From: an uncultured bacterium
GTDB taxonomy: Bacteria; Actinomycetota; Geothermincolia; Geothermincolales; Geothermincolaceae
Direction: 5' to 3'
DNA length: 64,000 nt
NCBI GenBank assembly: GCA_963765625.1
Contig: CAVXXD010000005.1
Location: forward strand, 322,008-386,007
Shown: positions 40,597-50,655 of the stretch, in pieces
How positions within the stretch are numbered: the stretch's first letter is position 1
How the letters are laid out: every line of letters begins with the position of its first letter
Position numbers and translations under genes: made by a program
The notes under the pieces: generated by a model
Told to the model about the DNA's origin: nothing
The model's database searches: none
Seen by the model: the letters and a program-made list of their open reading frames with translations, nothing else

Positions 40597-43320
40597 TTAC
40601 ATGCCGGTGGGGCCTTCGGTGAGGTACTTGTCGGGGTCGGCGTCGAAGTCCTTTTTGCACCCGGGGCTGCAGAAGTAGTAGGTGTTGCCCTGGTACTCCG
40701 AAGTCGCGGCGGCCCCTTTCTTCTTGACGGTCATGCCGCACACCGGATCTATGGCTTTTCCGAGCATCTCATCCTCCTCCTTTTTCTTCTCCACTGTGGT
40801 TGTACCCGCCGGGTAGTCATCCTTAAACCTGCGGAGGCGGAGGGAGTTGGTTACCACCGACACCGAGCTGAAGGCCATGGCAGCCGCGGCATAGATGGGG
40901 TTGAGCAACCCCTCCTTGCCGAAGAAAGGATAGAGAATGCCGGCGGCGATGGGGATGCCGATGACATTGTATATAAAGGCCCAGAAGAGGTTCTGCTTGA
41001 TGGTACGCAAGGTGCGCCGCGAGAGTTTAAGGGCGGTCGGCCACCCGGCGCAGGTCCTCGCCCATCAGGGTCACGTCGGAAGCCTCGATGGCCACGTCGG
41101 TACCACTGCCCACGGCAATGCCCACATCCGCCTGGGCCAGGGCCGGCGCGTCGTTGATACCGTCCCCCACCATGGAGACGACGCGGCCCTCTTCCTGCAG
41201 GCGCTTCACTTCGGCTGCCTTATCGCCCGGGAGGACCTCGGCCAGTACCCGGTCGATGCCCGCCTGGTCCGCGATGGCCTGGGCGGTGCGGCGGTTATCA
41301 CCGGTTATCATGGCCACTTCCACCCCGAGCCCCTTGATCTCCCGGATCGCCTCGATCGCCTGGGGTTTGATCACGTCGGCCAGGGCCATCAGGCCCAGCA
41401 ACTTGCCGTCCCTCGCCAGGAAGATGGGGGTCTTGCCCTCGCCCGCCAGAAGTTCGGCCTTCTCCCCCAGAACGCTGAGGTCATACTCCTTCTCCTGCAT
41501 GAGGCGCCGGTTGCCGAGGAAGACCTCGCTTGAGCCCAGTCCGGCACGGATGCCCCGGCCGGGCAGGGCGTCAAACTCGTCCACCTTGATGAAACCTACG
41601 CCCCTCTCCTCCGCAAGCTGCACCACCGCCGTACCCAGCGGGTGCTCGCTGGCCTTCTCCACCGAAGCCGCGAGGGAGAGGAGCTCGTCCTCTTCGATGC
41701 CGTCCGTGAATATGTCGGTGACCACCGGCCGGCCGGCCGTGAGGGTCCCGGTTTTGTCGAAGACCATGGTCTGGATTTTCCCGATGCGCTCCAGGCTCTC
41801 CCCGCCCTTGATGAGAATGCCCAGTTCGGCTCCCTTGCCCGTACCCACCATGATGGCGGTGGGTGTGGCCAGGCCCAGGGCACAGGGGCAGGCGATGACC
41901 ATCACCGCCACGAAGTTGAGCAGGGCCAGGTTGAAGACCGGTTCCACCCCGGCCAGCATCCATATCACGAAGGTCAACACGGCGATGCTGATGACGGTGG
42001 GTACGAAGACGGCGGCCACCCGGTCGGCCAGGCGTTGGATGGGGGCCTTGGAGCCCTGGGCTTCCTCCACCATGCGGATGATCTGGGCCAGCACGGTATC
42101 CCGCCCCACACGCTCGGCGCGGAAGCGGAAGCTGCCGGTGCCGTTGATGGTGGCCCCCACCACCTCGTCGCCGGGGTTCTTCTCCACCGGGATGGGTTCG
42201 CCGGTGAGCATCGACTCGTCCACCGCGCTGTGCCCCTTCCAGCAACACCGCCGTCCACCGGGATCTTCTCGCCCGGGCGCACCACGATGACCTCCTGCAC
42301 CATCACTTCTTCTATGGGGATGTCCTTCTCTTCGCCATCGCGTACCACCCGCGCCGTCCTGGCCTGCAAGCCCACCAGGCGGCGGATGGCGTCGTTGGTC
42401 TTCCCTTTGGCCCGCGCCTCAAGGTAGCGGCCCAGCAGTATCAGGGCGATGATGGTGATGGAGGAGTCATAGTAGACGATCATCTCCACCCCCGCCTCCT
42501 CCACGAAACCGGGGAAGAAGGTGATGATGAGGCTATAGATAAAGGCGGCGCTGGTGCCCACGGCGATGAGGGTGTTCATGTCCGCGGTGCCGTGTTTGAG
42601 CGCCCCCCAGGCGCCCCGGTAGAACTGGGCCCCAGCCCAGAACTGCACCGGTATGGCAAGTATTAACAATATGTAATTAATAGTGTGGTGCCATTCCATG
42701 GGAAAAGACATCATGGACATGGAGAGGGGGATGGCGATGGCCGCCATCACCAGGCTGAAGATCAGCTTGCGGAGGATGTCCCGCCGCTCCTTCTCGTGGA
42801 ACAACTCCTCGGCGGCTTTGCGTTCATCGTCTGCTTCCCCCGGGGTGAGGATGTGGTAACCCGCGTCCTTCACCGCCCGGACCATGTCGCCCACCGAGAC
42901 CAGGGTGGGGTCAAAGGCCACCGTGGCCTTCTCGGTGGCGAAGTTGACATTTGCCTCCGCTACACCCGGCAGCGAGCGCAGGGCTTTTTCCACCCTGGCC
43001 ACGCAGGTGGCACAGGTCATGCCGGATACCGAGAGGATGACCTTCTCCTGCTCGGCCGTGTAGCCCAGTTCCTCGATGGTCTTGATCAGCTTCGACTGGT
43101 CCACCTGGTCTGGGTCAAAGGTCACCGTGGCCTTCTCGGAAGCGAAGTTGACCGACGCCTGGCCCACTCCGGAAATCCTGGACAGGCCCTTCTCGATGGT
43201 GGTGGCGCAGGTGGCGCAAGACATGCCGCCTACCTTGATGATGACTTTCTTCCCGCCCTCCGGCGGGGTCTCCGTCCTCATGGTCTCCTCTTCCATCCGT
43301 TCCACGCTCCCATCATTCAT
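40597..43320 (-). CDS. copA: Copper-translocating P-type ATPase with two N-terminal heavy-metal-associated domains and a C-terminal YHS domain; two frameshifts
   Basis: Two GMSCATC / GMTCATC heavy-metal-associated motifs, CPC, DKTGTLT and GDGINDAP. The C-terminal piece has the YHS/TRASH-like motif DPVCGM...YYFCSPGC. The three ORF pieces overlap near 42230 and 41020. Confidence 0.8.
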
Positions 43321-43421
43321 TTTCTAAGAAGAAGTTTATACCCCTTAGGGTATCAGCGTTATGACCCCGGACATGAATAAGGGGGCGAGCCGTCAGCCCA
43401 CCCCCGTTACGTCGGCCTTTC

Positions 43422-43913
43422 TCAGTCGATCAGCTTGAACATCTTCTTGGGGGCGCCGCAGATGGGGCACTTGTCCGGCGCTTCGCCCTCCACGGTGTTG
43501 CCGCAGACCTGGCAGACGTAGATGTCCGTCGCCACGTTGTTTCCCAGGTTGTCCAGGGCCTTCTGGTAAAGTCCGGCGTGGATCTCCTCCACGGCATTGG
43601 CGTTGGCAAAGGACATCTCTGCCGCGCTGTTCCCCTCGGCCTTGGCCTCCTCGATCATCTTGGGGTACATGCTCTTGAACTCGTGGGTCTCGCCGCCGAT
43701 GGCTTCCTTGAGATTTTCGGCGGTGGAGTTGATGCCCCCCAGCACCCGCAGGTGGGCATGGGCGTGGACGGTCTCCGCGTCGGCGGCGGCCCGGAACAGC
43801 TTAGCCGTCTGGGGGTGGCCCTCTTCGTCCGCCTTTTTGGCGAAGGCCAGGTACTTCCGGTTGGCCTGGGACTCCCCAGCGAAAGCTTCTTTCAGGTTAT
43901 CGGTGGTGCTCAC
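43422..43913 (-). CDS. rbr: Rubrerythrin
   Basis: Ferritin-like diiron ExxH motifs followed by a C-terminal rubredoxin-like CQVCG...CPICG domain. Confidence 0.85.
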   Translation of the reverse strand: MSTTDNLKEAFAGESQANRKYLAFAKKADEEGHPQTAKLFRAAADAETVHAHAHLRVLGGINSTAENLKEAIGGETHEFKSMYPKMIEEAKAEGNSAAEMSFANANAVEEIHAGLYQKALDNLGNNVATDIYVCQVCGNTVEGEAPDKCPICGAPKKMFKLID

Positions 43914-44027
43914 ATCTTCCTCCTTCTCTCAGGTCGCACTTTCTCGAGCTTGTACTTCTTGATTACAAGATTCTACCCGAAAGCCCCTCTTTTTAATCAA
44001 GGTTCCATATCATTGCTTCTTCCGGGT

Positions 44028-46616
44028 TTACGCTTTGCGGCGCCTTCGCCTTATACCTATACGGCCGAGCGAAAGCAGGCCCAGGGTACTGCCGAGCAAC
44101 AACATGGTGCCGGAGGCGCCGGTGCCGCAGGAGAAGGGCGCGTTTACGGTAAACCCGGCCGCGAGCCTGGCTTCCTTGCCGTAATTCCTCACCACCAGGT
44201 CCCAGGCTCCGAGGTTCAGGCCAGAAAGGTCGACGTCGCAGGTTATGGTATTGTCGGAAACCACTACCACCTTGCTCGCCTCTTTAACCATGCCGGACAG
44301 CTCGAGCGTGACCGTGGGTGTGACCCCGTAATCGAATCCCGTCCCGGTAAGGGTAAGGTGCGCAACCGTATACTGTGAGCCGTAGCCCGGAATGACCGCA
44401 GTGACGGTGAGCCGGACAGGAATGACGTTCACGGATGGGGCGACCGGATTGGTTCCCATCGAGGTCACCACGTAGACCTTCGAGCTTACGGCCCCTTCGG
44501 GGACGATGGCGTGGATCTCCGAGTTAGACCAGCTCGTATATCCGGCAGCCTCCAGTGACCCGAACATGACATATGCATCTCCCTGGACCTCTCCGAAATC
44601 ACAGCCGTTTATCACCAGCTCATCACCGGCATAGACGGATTCCGGGGTTACCGAATCGATCCGGGGAAGCCCGTACCCCCCGTTGGAGGTGGCGATGAAC
44701 CAGTCCGCCAGAGCCCAGGCATTCATGTCGTCGACAGCGAACACGCGTAGAGCATTTCCACTGCCATCAGGGACACACTGCTCTCGCCAGGAAACTCCCC
44801 CGTCAATTGTCTTGAGTACACAGGTGCTGTTCACGGCGCACCAGGCCGTGGTGCCGTCAACGGCAGATATGGACGTTATCGGGTTGCCATGGCCGGGATC
44901 ACACGACACCCAGGTGCTGCCTCCGTCGCTTGTTTTCGTTATAACAGACTGCTCCTGCGTGCCTCCCGCCACCCATATGTTGTTGGCATCATCACTTGAC
45001 ACGCTGTAATAATCTGTGCCGGTCAGTCCGGTTTCCACCGGCTGCCAGGTGCCACCGCCGTCCATGGTCTTCAAGACCGTCCCGGACGCTCCGACCAGCC
45101 AGGCATTGCTGCCGTCCAGAACGGACACGTCCATCAGATTGGCGGTGGTCCCGGAATCCTGCAGGCCCCAGGTCTCACCCCCGTCGGCCGATCTGATCAC
45201 GACGCCGTTGTCGCCGACAGCCCAAAGGACGTCTCCAGTCGACTTCACGCTCTGCAAGGTGGTTGAAACCCCCGAGGCGCGGGAGACCCAGCTCGCTCCG
45301 CCGTCGTCCGAACAGAAGATGGCGCCCTCGTCTCCCACTACCACCGCTTGTCCCGAACCGAGCACGGTGATTGAGCGTAAGGTGGCAGGGATGCCCGTCT
45401 TCCACACCCTGTAACTTCCGTCAAGGTTCGCTCTGGCGACGAAACCCTCCTCGCCGCAAGCCCAGGCTTCCGTCGATAATGACGATGAAAGACCAAGGAT
45501 CTTCCCGGTGACGGCAGTCTCCACCGGGCCCCAGCCCCAGCCTCCGGCGGTGGTCCTGTTCAGGGCGCTGCTGAACAATCCGCCCGTCCACGCCACCCAG
45601 GGATCCGGGGAGGAGATACAGAATTGGAGCCGCAGGTAACCGGTGGGCTGTTGCACCCAGTCGATGCCGTTGTTCGTCTTCAAGACGACCCCCTGCTCTA
45701 CTCTCAGAGAACCAGCGTCTCCTCCGGCCGCCCAGGCGGTGTTGCCGTCGCTCGAGCATATGTCGTAAATGGCATAGCCTTCGTATTGAGTGGCCCAGCT
45801 CAAGCCGCCATCGGTGGTCTTGTATATCTTGCCGCCCTGGGCATGCGTATCTCCATAAGCCACTGCGAACCAGGCCGTCTCGGAATCGACTCCGGCAACT
45901 GCGATATCCTGTCCGACGAGGGGGGTGGTCAGAAGGCTCCAGGTAGTTCCCCCGTCAACCGTCCTCAACGCGGTGCGTGGGGTCGGCCCGGTAGCGATGT
46001 AGCCCCCTCCCACCCAGGCCACCTCTGAGTTGACTGCCGAAACACATTCCAGGTTCTCTTTGGTGCCAGAGACCTGGGGTTCCCAGTTAGTGCCCCCGTC
46101 CGTCGTCTTCAAGATGGTGCCGCAGTCACCTACCGCCCAGGCGACCATGGAGTCGACGGCCGAAAGCTCATTGATGCTGTTAGTGGTACCCGAAGGCTGG
46201 TCCTGCCAGCTTATGCCTCCGTCGACGGTCTTGAGTATCCGGCTTGAGGTAGTAACCCAGGCTACGTCACGGTCGATGGCGCAGACCGAAGAAAGACTTG
46301 AGTTGGATCCGGAAAAGCTTATATCGTCCAGCCGGTATTCCATAAAAGACAAACCACCGCCCAGGATCCTGAAGATGCTCTTGCCCTTGATGGCCCAGGC
46401 TGTATCCCCGTCGACAGCCGATACGTCGTAGAACGAGAGATCGGTGGTGCTGAAGGGAGACGGCTTGGGCAGATCGTACCAGCCCAGCTCCTCGCCGGTG
46501 GCTGCCTGCAAACCCGTGCCGCCCGGAGCCAGGCCGAGCACGAGCATCGCGCACACCGCGGCCACCCACAAGACTGACAGGAACCTGGTAAAGAACGTAT
46601 TGTGAGCGCGTTTCAT
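44028..46616 (-). CDS. Secreted BNR/Asp-box beta-propeller protein (Ycf48/sortilin-like) with an IPT/TIG-like domain and a C-terminal TM helix plus Arg-rich tail
   Basis: Signal peptide after an AGGAGG RBS. Repeated (T/V)DGGxxW motifs. IPT/TIG-like segment IDSVTPESVYAGDELVINGCDFG. The C-terminus ends ...MLLLGSTLGLLSLGRIGIRRRRRKA. Confidence 0.65.
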   Translation of the reverse strand: MKRAHNTFFTRFLSVLWVAAVCAMLVLGLAPGGTGLQAATGEELGWYDLPKPSPFSTTDLSFYDVSAVDGDTAWAIKGKSIFRILGGGLSFMEYRLDDISFSGSNSSLSSVCAIDRDVAWVTTSSRILKTVDGGISWQDQPSGTTNSINELSAVDSMVAWAVGDCGTILKTTDGGTNWEPQVSGTKENLECVSAVNSEVAWVGGGYIATGPTPRTALRTVDGGTTWSLLTTPLVGQDIAVAGVDSETAWFAVAYGDTHAQGGKIYKTTDGGLSWATQYEGYAIYDICSSDGNTAWAAGGDAGSLRVEQGVVLKTNNGIDWVQQPTGYLRLQFCISSPDPWVAWTGGLFSSALNRTTAGGWGWGPVETAVTGKILGLSSSLSTEAWACGEEGFVARANLDGSYRVWKTGIPATLRSITVLGSGQAVVVGDEGAIFCSDDGGASWVSRASGVSTTLQSVKSTGDVLWAVGDNGVVIRSADGGETWGLQDSGTTANLMDVSVLDGSNAWLVGASGTVLKTMDGGGTWQPVETGLTGTDYYSVSSDDANNIWVAGGTQEQSVITKTSDGGSTWVSCDPGHGNPITSISAVDGTTAWCAVNSTCVLKTIDGGVSWREQCVPDGSGNALRVFAVDDMNAWALADWFIATSNGGYGLPRIDSVTPESVYAGDELVINGCDFGEVQGDAYVMFGSLEAAGYTSWSNSEIHAIVPEGAVSSKVYVVTSMGTNPVAPSVNVIPVRLTVTAVIPGYGSQYTVAHLTLTGTGFDYGVTPTVTLELSGMVKEASKVVVVSDNTITCDVDLSGLNLGAWDLVVRNYGKEARLAAGFTVNAPFSCGTGASGTMLLLGSTLGLLSLGRIGIRRRRRKA

Positions 46617-46707
46617 CAAATATACCTCCTGAATACCCCAGGCATATTGCATGCCCGGCCCCTTTGTATGTATCGAACAATATACATCTACCCAATCAAA
46701 TGCAAAT

Positions 46708-47794
46708 TTAAATAGCCTGCTGCTGGACGTCACCGTCAGGTGTCTTGCGCCTCATGTCCCGCAGCACCAGCAGGAAAGCGAAGCCGCCCACCAGCAGGCC
46801 GAGGTAGAAGTCGAAGAAGCGCCAGATCAGGGTGAGCAGGCCGGCCAGGTCTGAGGTGAGGAAGCTGGAGAAGATGGAGTAGAAGCCGAACTCCCCAACC
46901 CCGCTCCCGCCGGGGACCGGGACGAAGGGCATCAGCAGGTAGACCACCAGCGAGGCCACCGCCGCCTGCCAGAAGTAGCCGTGGTATCCCAGCGACACCA
47001 GGACGATGGGCATCACCAGCATGGAGGAGGCCCAGAACATCAGGGAGCAGAAGGCGGCCAGCAGGACCTGTCTTCCACCCCAGCCTGACGATCTGGCGCA
47101 GGAAGGCCGCGAAGCGCGAGGTCTCCTCGGCCAGCCGCGATGACCGCCCGGTTGACCCGCGGGCGCTCCGAGACGGCCGGGGGAAGGCGCGCGTGAACCA
47201 GTCCATGATGGTGCGGTCGGGGTTCTTCATGTAATAGAACATCAGCACCAGGAAGAGCATGAAGACGGAGAGGGCGATGTACAGTATGCCCTGCAAGGTC
47301 AGGGAGAGGTGGATCTTGCTGACTGCGATGAACACGGCCACGGGGGTAAAGAGGAAGAGGATGCCGGTGGAGATGAAGGCCCCGAAGGTTATCACCGCCA
47401 GCCCCTCGCCCGCGTCCATGCCGTAGAAGTGGAGCAGGTACGATTCCATGGCGATGCCCCCGATCTTCAAGGGGATGATGGTGTTGGTGAAGTGGCCGGA
47501 GTAGACCACCTTGACCAGGTCGGCGAAGGGTATGCGCACCTCGCCGGGGGCGGCCAGGATGCGGATGCGAAGGGCCAGCCAGAGAAAGCGGGAGAGGGAG
47601 ATGGCCAGGGCCAGTAGCAGCCAGGGCCAGCTCAGGTCGGCCAGTGTGTTCCATATCTCCTCGTCCATGGTCAGATAGGAGATCAGCACCAGCGCCGCCA
47701 CGCTTACCCCGACGGCCACGATGAGCATCAGTCTCAACTTGCGATGGCGTCGGGCCTGGCCTTCTTCGAAAGTGTGTCCATCCGTTTTCCTCAT
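46708..47794 (-). CDS. Lysylphosphatidylglycerol-synthase-TM-region / flippase-like domain membrane protein; frameshifted near 47040
   Basis: The PGGSGVGEFGF motif characteristic of the flippase-like domain is in the C-terminal piece. The multi-TM N-terminal piece is in another frame. Confidence 0.55.
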
Positions 47795-47852
47795 AATAAA
47801 GGAGGGGCGTTTGCCGCCCCTCCAGTGGTTAGTATAACTCTCTAGTTAATGT

Positions 47853-49031
47853 TTAGAGAAGCTCGATGATCATGGCCATTCCCTGGCCGCCGCCGATGCA
47901 CATGGTGGCCAGGCCGTACTTGCCGCCGACGTCCTTGAGGCCGGACATCAGGGTGACCACGATGCGGCAACCGGTGGCTCCCACCGGATGGCCCAGGGCC
48001 ACGCCGGAGCCGTAGATGTTGATCTTCTCGGGCGGGAAGTCGATCTGCGAGATGCAGTAGTAGGCCTGGGCGGCGAAGGCCTCGTTCAGTTCGATGAGGT
48101 CGATGTCCTTCAGGCTCATGCCCGACTTCTTGATGACCTTGTCGATGGCGTAGATGGGGCCGACGCCCATGATCTCGGGCTCGCAGCCGATGGCGGCGTA
48201 CTCGATCACGCGGGCCATGGGCTTCTTGCCCAGCTCGGCGGCCTTGTCCGCGGACATCATGACCACGCAGGCGGCGGCGTCGTTGAGCCCCGAGGCGTTG
48301 CCGGCGGTGACCGTCCCGTCCTTCTTGAAACCGGTCTTCAGTGAAGCCAGTTTCTCCATGCTGCTGTCGCGCACGGGGAACTCGTCGGTGTCGAACACCT
48401 TGACTCCCTTGCGGGTTTTGACCTCGACCGGGATGATCTCGTCGGCGAACTTGCCGGCATCGATGGCGGCAATGGCTTTTTTCTGGCCCGCCAGGGCGTA
48501 ATTGTCCTGCTGCTCGCGGGTGACCCCGAAGCGCTCGGCGATGTTCTCGGCCGTCTGGCCCATGATCAGCTTGGTGTAGGGGTCGTGCAGGACGTCCCAG
48601 AGGGAGTCGATGAGCACGGAGTCCTGCAGGCGCTTGCCCCAGCGCGTGTCGTTGTTGTAATAAGGCGCGGAGCTCATGCACTCCACCCCGCCGGCCACGA
48701 TGACGTCGGCGTCTCCCAGGCGCAGGCTCTGGGCGCCGGCCACCAGGGCCTGCATGCCGGAACCGCAGCCGCGGATGACGCCGTGGGCGGGAACGGTGTT
48801 GGGGATGCCGGCCAGGAGCGCGCCGTACCTGGCGACCAGGTTGTTCTCGTCGGTGCGCGGGATGACGTGGCCGAAGATGACCTCATCAACGATGTCACCC
48901 TCGATGCCGGCCCTTTTCATGGCCTCTACGATGACCAGGCGGGCCAGTTCGCCGGGCATGACGTCCTTCAAACTCCCTCCGAAACTGCCGATGGGTGTGC
49001 GGCAGCCGCTTACAATAACTACGTCCTTCAT
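47853..49031 (-). CDS. Acetyl-CoA C-acetyltransferase (thiolase)
   Basis: N-terminal VIVSGCRTPIGSFGGSL and the thiolase active-site Cys/His/Cys signature regions (GLKDVGGKYGLATMCIGGGQG). Confidence 0.9.
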   Translation of the reverse strand: MKDVVIVSGCRTPIGSFGGSLKDVMPGELARLVIVEAMKRAGIEGDIVDEVIFGHVIPRTDENNLVARYGALLAGIPNTVPAHGVIRGCGSGMQALVAGAQSLRLGDADVIVAGGVECMSSAPYYNNDTRWGKRLQDSVLIDSLWDVLHDPYTKLIMGQTAENIAERFGVTREQQDNYALAGQKKAIAAIDAGKFADEIIPVEVKTRKGVKVFDTDEFPVRDSSMEKLASLKTGFKKDGTVTAGNASGLNDAAACVVMMSADKAAELGKKPMARVIEYAAIGCEPEIMGVGPIYAIDKVIKKSGMSLKDIDLIELNEAFAAQAYYCISQIDFPPEKINIYGSGVALGHPVGATGCRIVVTLMSGLKDVGGKYGLATMCIGGGQGMAMIIELL

Positions 49032-49162
49032 CGGGTACCTCCTCTTGTCGCGATGTATGCTGACTTTTTCTGTCTTCCAGGGTGCTGCTGTATGCACAGC
49101 CATATTATTTTACTATAAGATGAATCCCACACCAGCATTTTTTAAGAAATGGAGTGATGCAC

Positions 49163-49345
49163 ATGGAATGCGTGAACCGTGACAAGAACCTCAAGAGGTG
49201 CAACTGCACCTACGAGCCCTGCTCCCGCAAGGGCTGCTGTTGCGAATGCCTTCACTACCACCGGGTGCTGGGGGAGCTGCCCGCCTGCTACTTCACGCCC
49301 GAGGCCGAGCGCTCTTACGACCGCAGCATCGCCAACCTGCGTTAG
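49163..49345 (+). CDS. Small conserved cysteine-rich protein (CNCTYEPC...GCCCEC motif)
   Basis: 60 aa with an AATGGAG RBS. The Cys pattern resembles a widespread small cytosolic protein family. Family name uncertain. Confidence 0.45.
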   Translation: MECVNRDKNLKRCNCTYEPCSRKGCCCECLHYHRVLGELPACYFTPEAERSYDRSIANLR

Positions 49346-49435
49346 GAAAGTTGGGGTCAGACCCCTTCTCCACTTCAAGCCCAGCCACGTTCTGAGATGG
49401 GAGAAAGTGGAGAAGGGGTCTGACCCCAACTTTCC
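49345..49435. repeat. Palindromic repeat element, family B copy 2
   Basis: GGAAAGTTGGGGTCAGACCCCTTCTCCACTT...AAGTGGAGAAGGGGTCTGACCCCAACTTTCC. The arms extend to include the stop codons of both flanking convergent genes. Confidence 0.7.
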
Positions 49436-50232
49436 TAACGCGTAAATATCGTCACCAGCTCAAGCGGCCGCACGTCAGCCCGGGCGGCCAGGTCGCCCTC
49501 CCGCAAGGCCAGCCCCAGCCACCCTGATGAGTCGGTGTAGAGCAGGAGTTCGCCCCGGCCCACATCCCCGTAGGTCGATGCCACCATCGATTCCCAGATG
49601 GTTTCGCCTATCTCCACCACGACCTTGTCTCCCGCCGCGGCCCGGCCTTCCAGCTTGGCGGCCTCCACGCCCAGGCGCAGATTGCCGAAACGGTCCACGT
49701 CGATGACCTGGCAGCAGAGCGCGCCAGGGACTTCCCACGCCTCCTTCCAGGGTGATGGGGCCAGACAGGAGACATCTACCCGAGGGCCCGCCTGCCCGGC
49801 TGGCCACCCCCCGGCCAGGCGGGCCGCCGCCGGCGCGAAGACGTCCCGGCCGTGGAAGGTGGGGTGGACCGGCTCAAGAAAAAGTTCCTCCGCCTCCACC
49901 GACCAGGCGGCGCTGATCCCGCCCAGCCGGCCGGCCGCCGGTAAGAGCAAACCGTTGTCCGGCCCCAGCAGCAGGTCTCCTCTGCCACATTCCAGTAAAA
50001 GGACCCGGCGCTCCGTGCCCACGCCAGGGTCCACCACCGCCATGAACACACCTGGCTCGAACCAGGGTGCGGCGGCGGCAAGAGTCACAGCGGCCTTGCG
50101 GATGTCGAAGGGTGGTATGTCGTGGGTTATGTCGAAGGTCACAATCCCGGGTGCCGCGGCACGAATGACCGCCTTGACCACCGCCACGAACTCGTCGGCG
50201 GTGCCGAAGTCCGTCAGGAGGTAGACGGGGAG
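49435..50232 (-). CDS. SAM hydrolase / SAM-dependent halogenase family protein (DUF62, S-adenosyl-L-methionine hydroxide adenosyltransferase-like)
   Basis: YLLTDFG N-terminal motif and VVDPGVG motif. Possible GTG start. The ORF as called overlaps the YjbQ gene. Confidence 0.55.
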   Translation of the reverse strand, partial: LPVYLLTDFGTADEFVAVVKAVIRAAAPGIVTFDITHDIPPFDIRKAAVTLAAAAPWFEPGVFMAVVDPGVGTERRVLLLECGRGDLLLGPDNGLLLPAAGRLGGISAAWSVEAEELFLEPVHPTFHGRDVFAPAAARLAGGWPAGQAGPRVDVSCLAPSPWKEAWEVPGALCCQVIDVDRFGNLRLGVEAAKLEGRAAAGDKVVVEIGETIWESMVASTYGDVGRGELLLYTDSSGWLGLALREGDLAARADVRPLELVTIFTR

Positions 50233-50624
50233 CACGGCAGGACTTCCACTATCACGGTACGCGTGCGGGGACCGTCGAACTCGCACAAGAACACGCCCTG
50301 CCAGGTACCCAGGACCATGCGCCCTTCCCGCACCGGGATGGTCTTAGACGACCCGGTTATGAGTGCCTTGATGTGGGAATCGGCATTGCCTTCGCTGTGG
50401 CGGTAGCCGGCGTTGCGGGGCACCAGCCTCTCCAGGCCCGCCAGTATGTCCTTCACCACGTCGGTGTCGGCGTTCTCGTTGATGGTTATCCCTGCCGTGG
50501 TGTGGGGGACATAGACCAAGCATGCACCATCGCTGATGCCGCTCTGTTCCACCGCTTTCTTGACCCGGCCGGTGATGTCGACCATCTCGGCCCGCCCGCT
50601 CGAGACAACCTCAAAAGCAAGCAA
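50214..50624 (-). CDS. YjbQ-family secondary thiamine-phosphate synthase enzyme (UPF0047)
   Basis: VYVPHTTAGITINENAD...GTWQGVFLCEFDGPRTR is characteristic of YjbQ. Confidence 0.7.
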   Translation of the reverse strand: MLAFEVVSSGRAEMVDITGRVKKAVEQSGISDGACLVYVPHTTAGITINENADTDVVKDILAGLERLVPRNAGYRHSEGNADSHIKALITGSSKTIPVREGRMVLGTWQGVFLCEFDGPRTRTVIVEVLPCSPSTS

Positions 50625-50655
50625 TAGCTCCTCCTTCCGCCCGGAACCGCCCGGC

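Noticed and set aside
40538-40741. Small ORFs with MGSDPFSTFS-like translations at 40538..40741, 49142..49429 and 49198..49395
   Set aside because: They are read-through translations of the GGGGTCAGACCCC palindromic repeat arms. The same peptide appears on both strands because of the palindrome, so they are not coding.
18552-49435. Possibility that the GGGGTCAG repeats are a CRISPR array
   Set aside because: Only four copies, tens of kb apart. Each is an internal palindrome rather than a direct repeat separated by unique spacers, and there are no cas genes.
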